This document shows positions 63,884-64,000 of a stretch of 64,000 nucleotides of DNA, piece by piece (positions within the stretch are counted from its first letter, which is position 1; the number at the start of each line of letters is the position of its first letter). Source of the stretch: Bryobacteraceae bacterium (GTDB lineage: Bacteria > Acidobacteriota > Terriglobia > Bryobacterales > Bryobacteraceae); assembly GCA_049516355.1 (NCBI GenBank), contig JBEKTF010000004.1, positions 1,931 through 65,930 of the forward strand. Direction: 5' to 3'. The notes beneath the pieces were generated by a model that worked only from the letters and a program-made list of their open reading frames with translations, searched no databases and was not told the origin of the DNA. Made by a program: the position numbers and the translations under genes.

Positions 63884-64000
63884 AACCTTCACGCGTGGGG
63901 ATACCTGCTACCTTGAGTCTTTGTCCGGGGTCGAAACCGTCTTCTCGCTTGATGAACAGACGCGGCGAGCAGCCCACTTGGGCTTCCATCGAAATAGGGA

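Overview
This is a GC-rich (roughly 60% by eye) chromosomal window. Gene content suggests a soil Acidobacteriota-type bacterium (CarboxypepD_reg proteins, TonB_C fusions, hopanoid cyclase, many Tat, PQQ, GMC and c-type cytochrome periplasmic oxidoreductases), but that assignment is inference only. I can support about 60 protein genes, one tRNA (anticodon CAT) and the RNase P RNA.

Housekeeping genes:
- thiG and thiO
- a gcvT-gcvH-gcvPA-gcvPB operon led by a small secreted protein
- lpxA
- an ispH-shc-def string
- a DegP protease, a lactate permease and an SSF symporter

Notable accessory content:
- Two paralogous cassettes, each a di-haem cytochrome c followed by a PQQ dehydrogenase. Both dehydrogenases carry the D-x-D signature linked to lanthanide-dependent enzymes.
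- Two divergently transcribed GMC flavoprotein paralogues around a single Tat small subunit.
- A subclass B3 metallo-beta-lactamase-like gene.
- A diadenylate-cyclase-like protein (DGA present, RHR changed to RHL) that appears co-transcribed with the lactate permease.
- A Crp-family regulator followed by a perfect GTGA-N6-TCAC palindrome, then a RIC di-iron protein and a translationally coupled CxxCH protein.
- A ten-haem MtrA/DmsE-like cytochrome interrupted by a frameshift.
- A histone-H1-like Lys/Ala repeat protein with a poly-acidic N-terminus.
- A family of MITE-like intergenic repeats.

From about 57.8 kb to the end, the sequence looks more A/T-rich and decayed. That stretch holds an OmpR-type DNA-binding ORF with no receiver or start codon sitting just before a stand-alone receiver, a truncated coiled-coil gene, host-gene fragments, and a group II intron-type reverse transcriptase remnant whose pieces lie inverted relative to one another.

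No CRISPR array, intact transposase or rRNA was seen. All family assignments rest on motif recognition in the translated ORFs; no database search was run.
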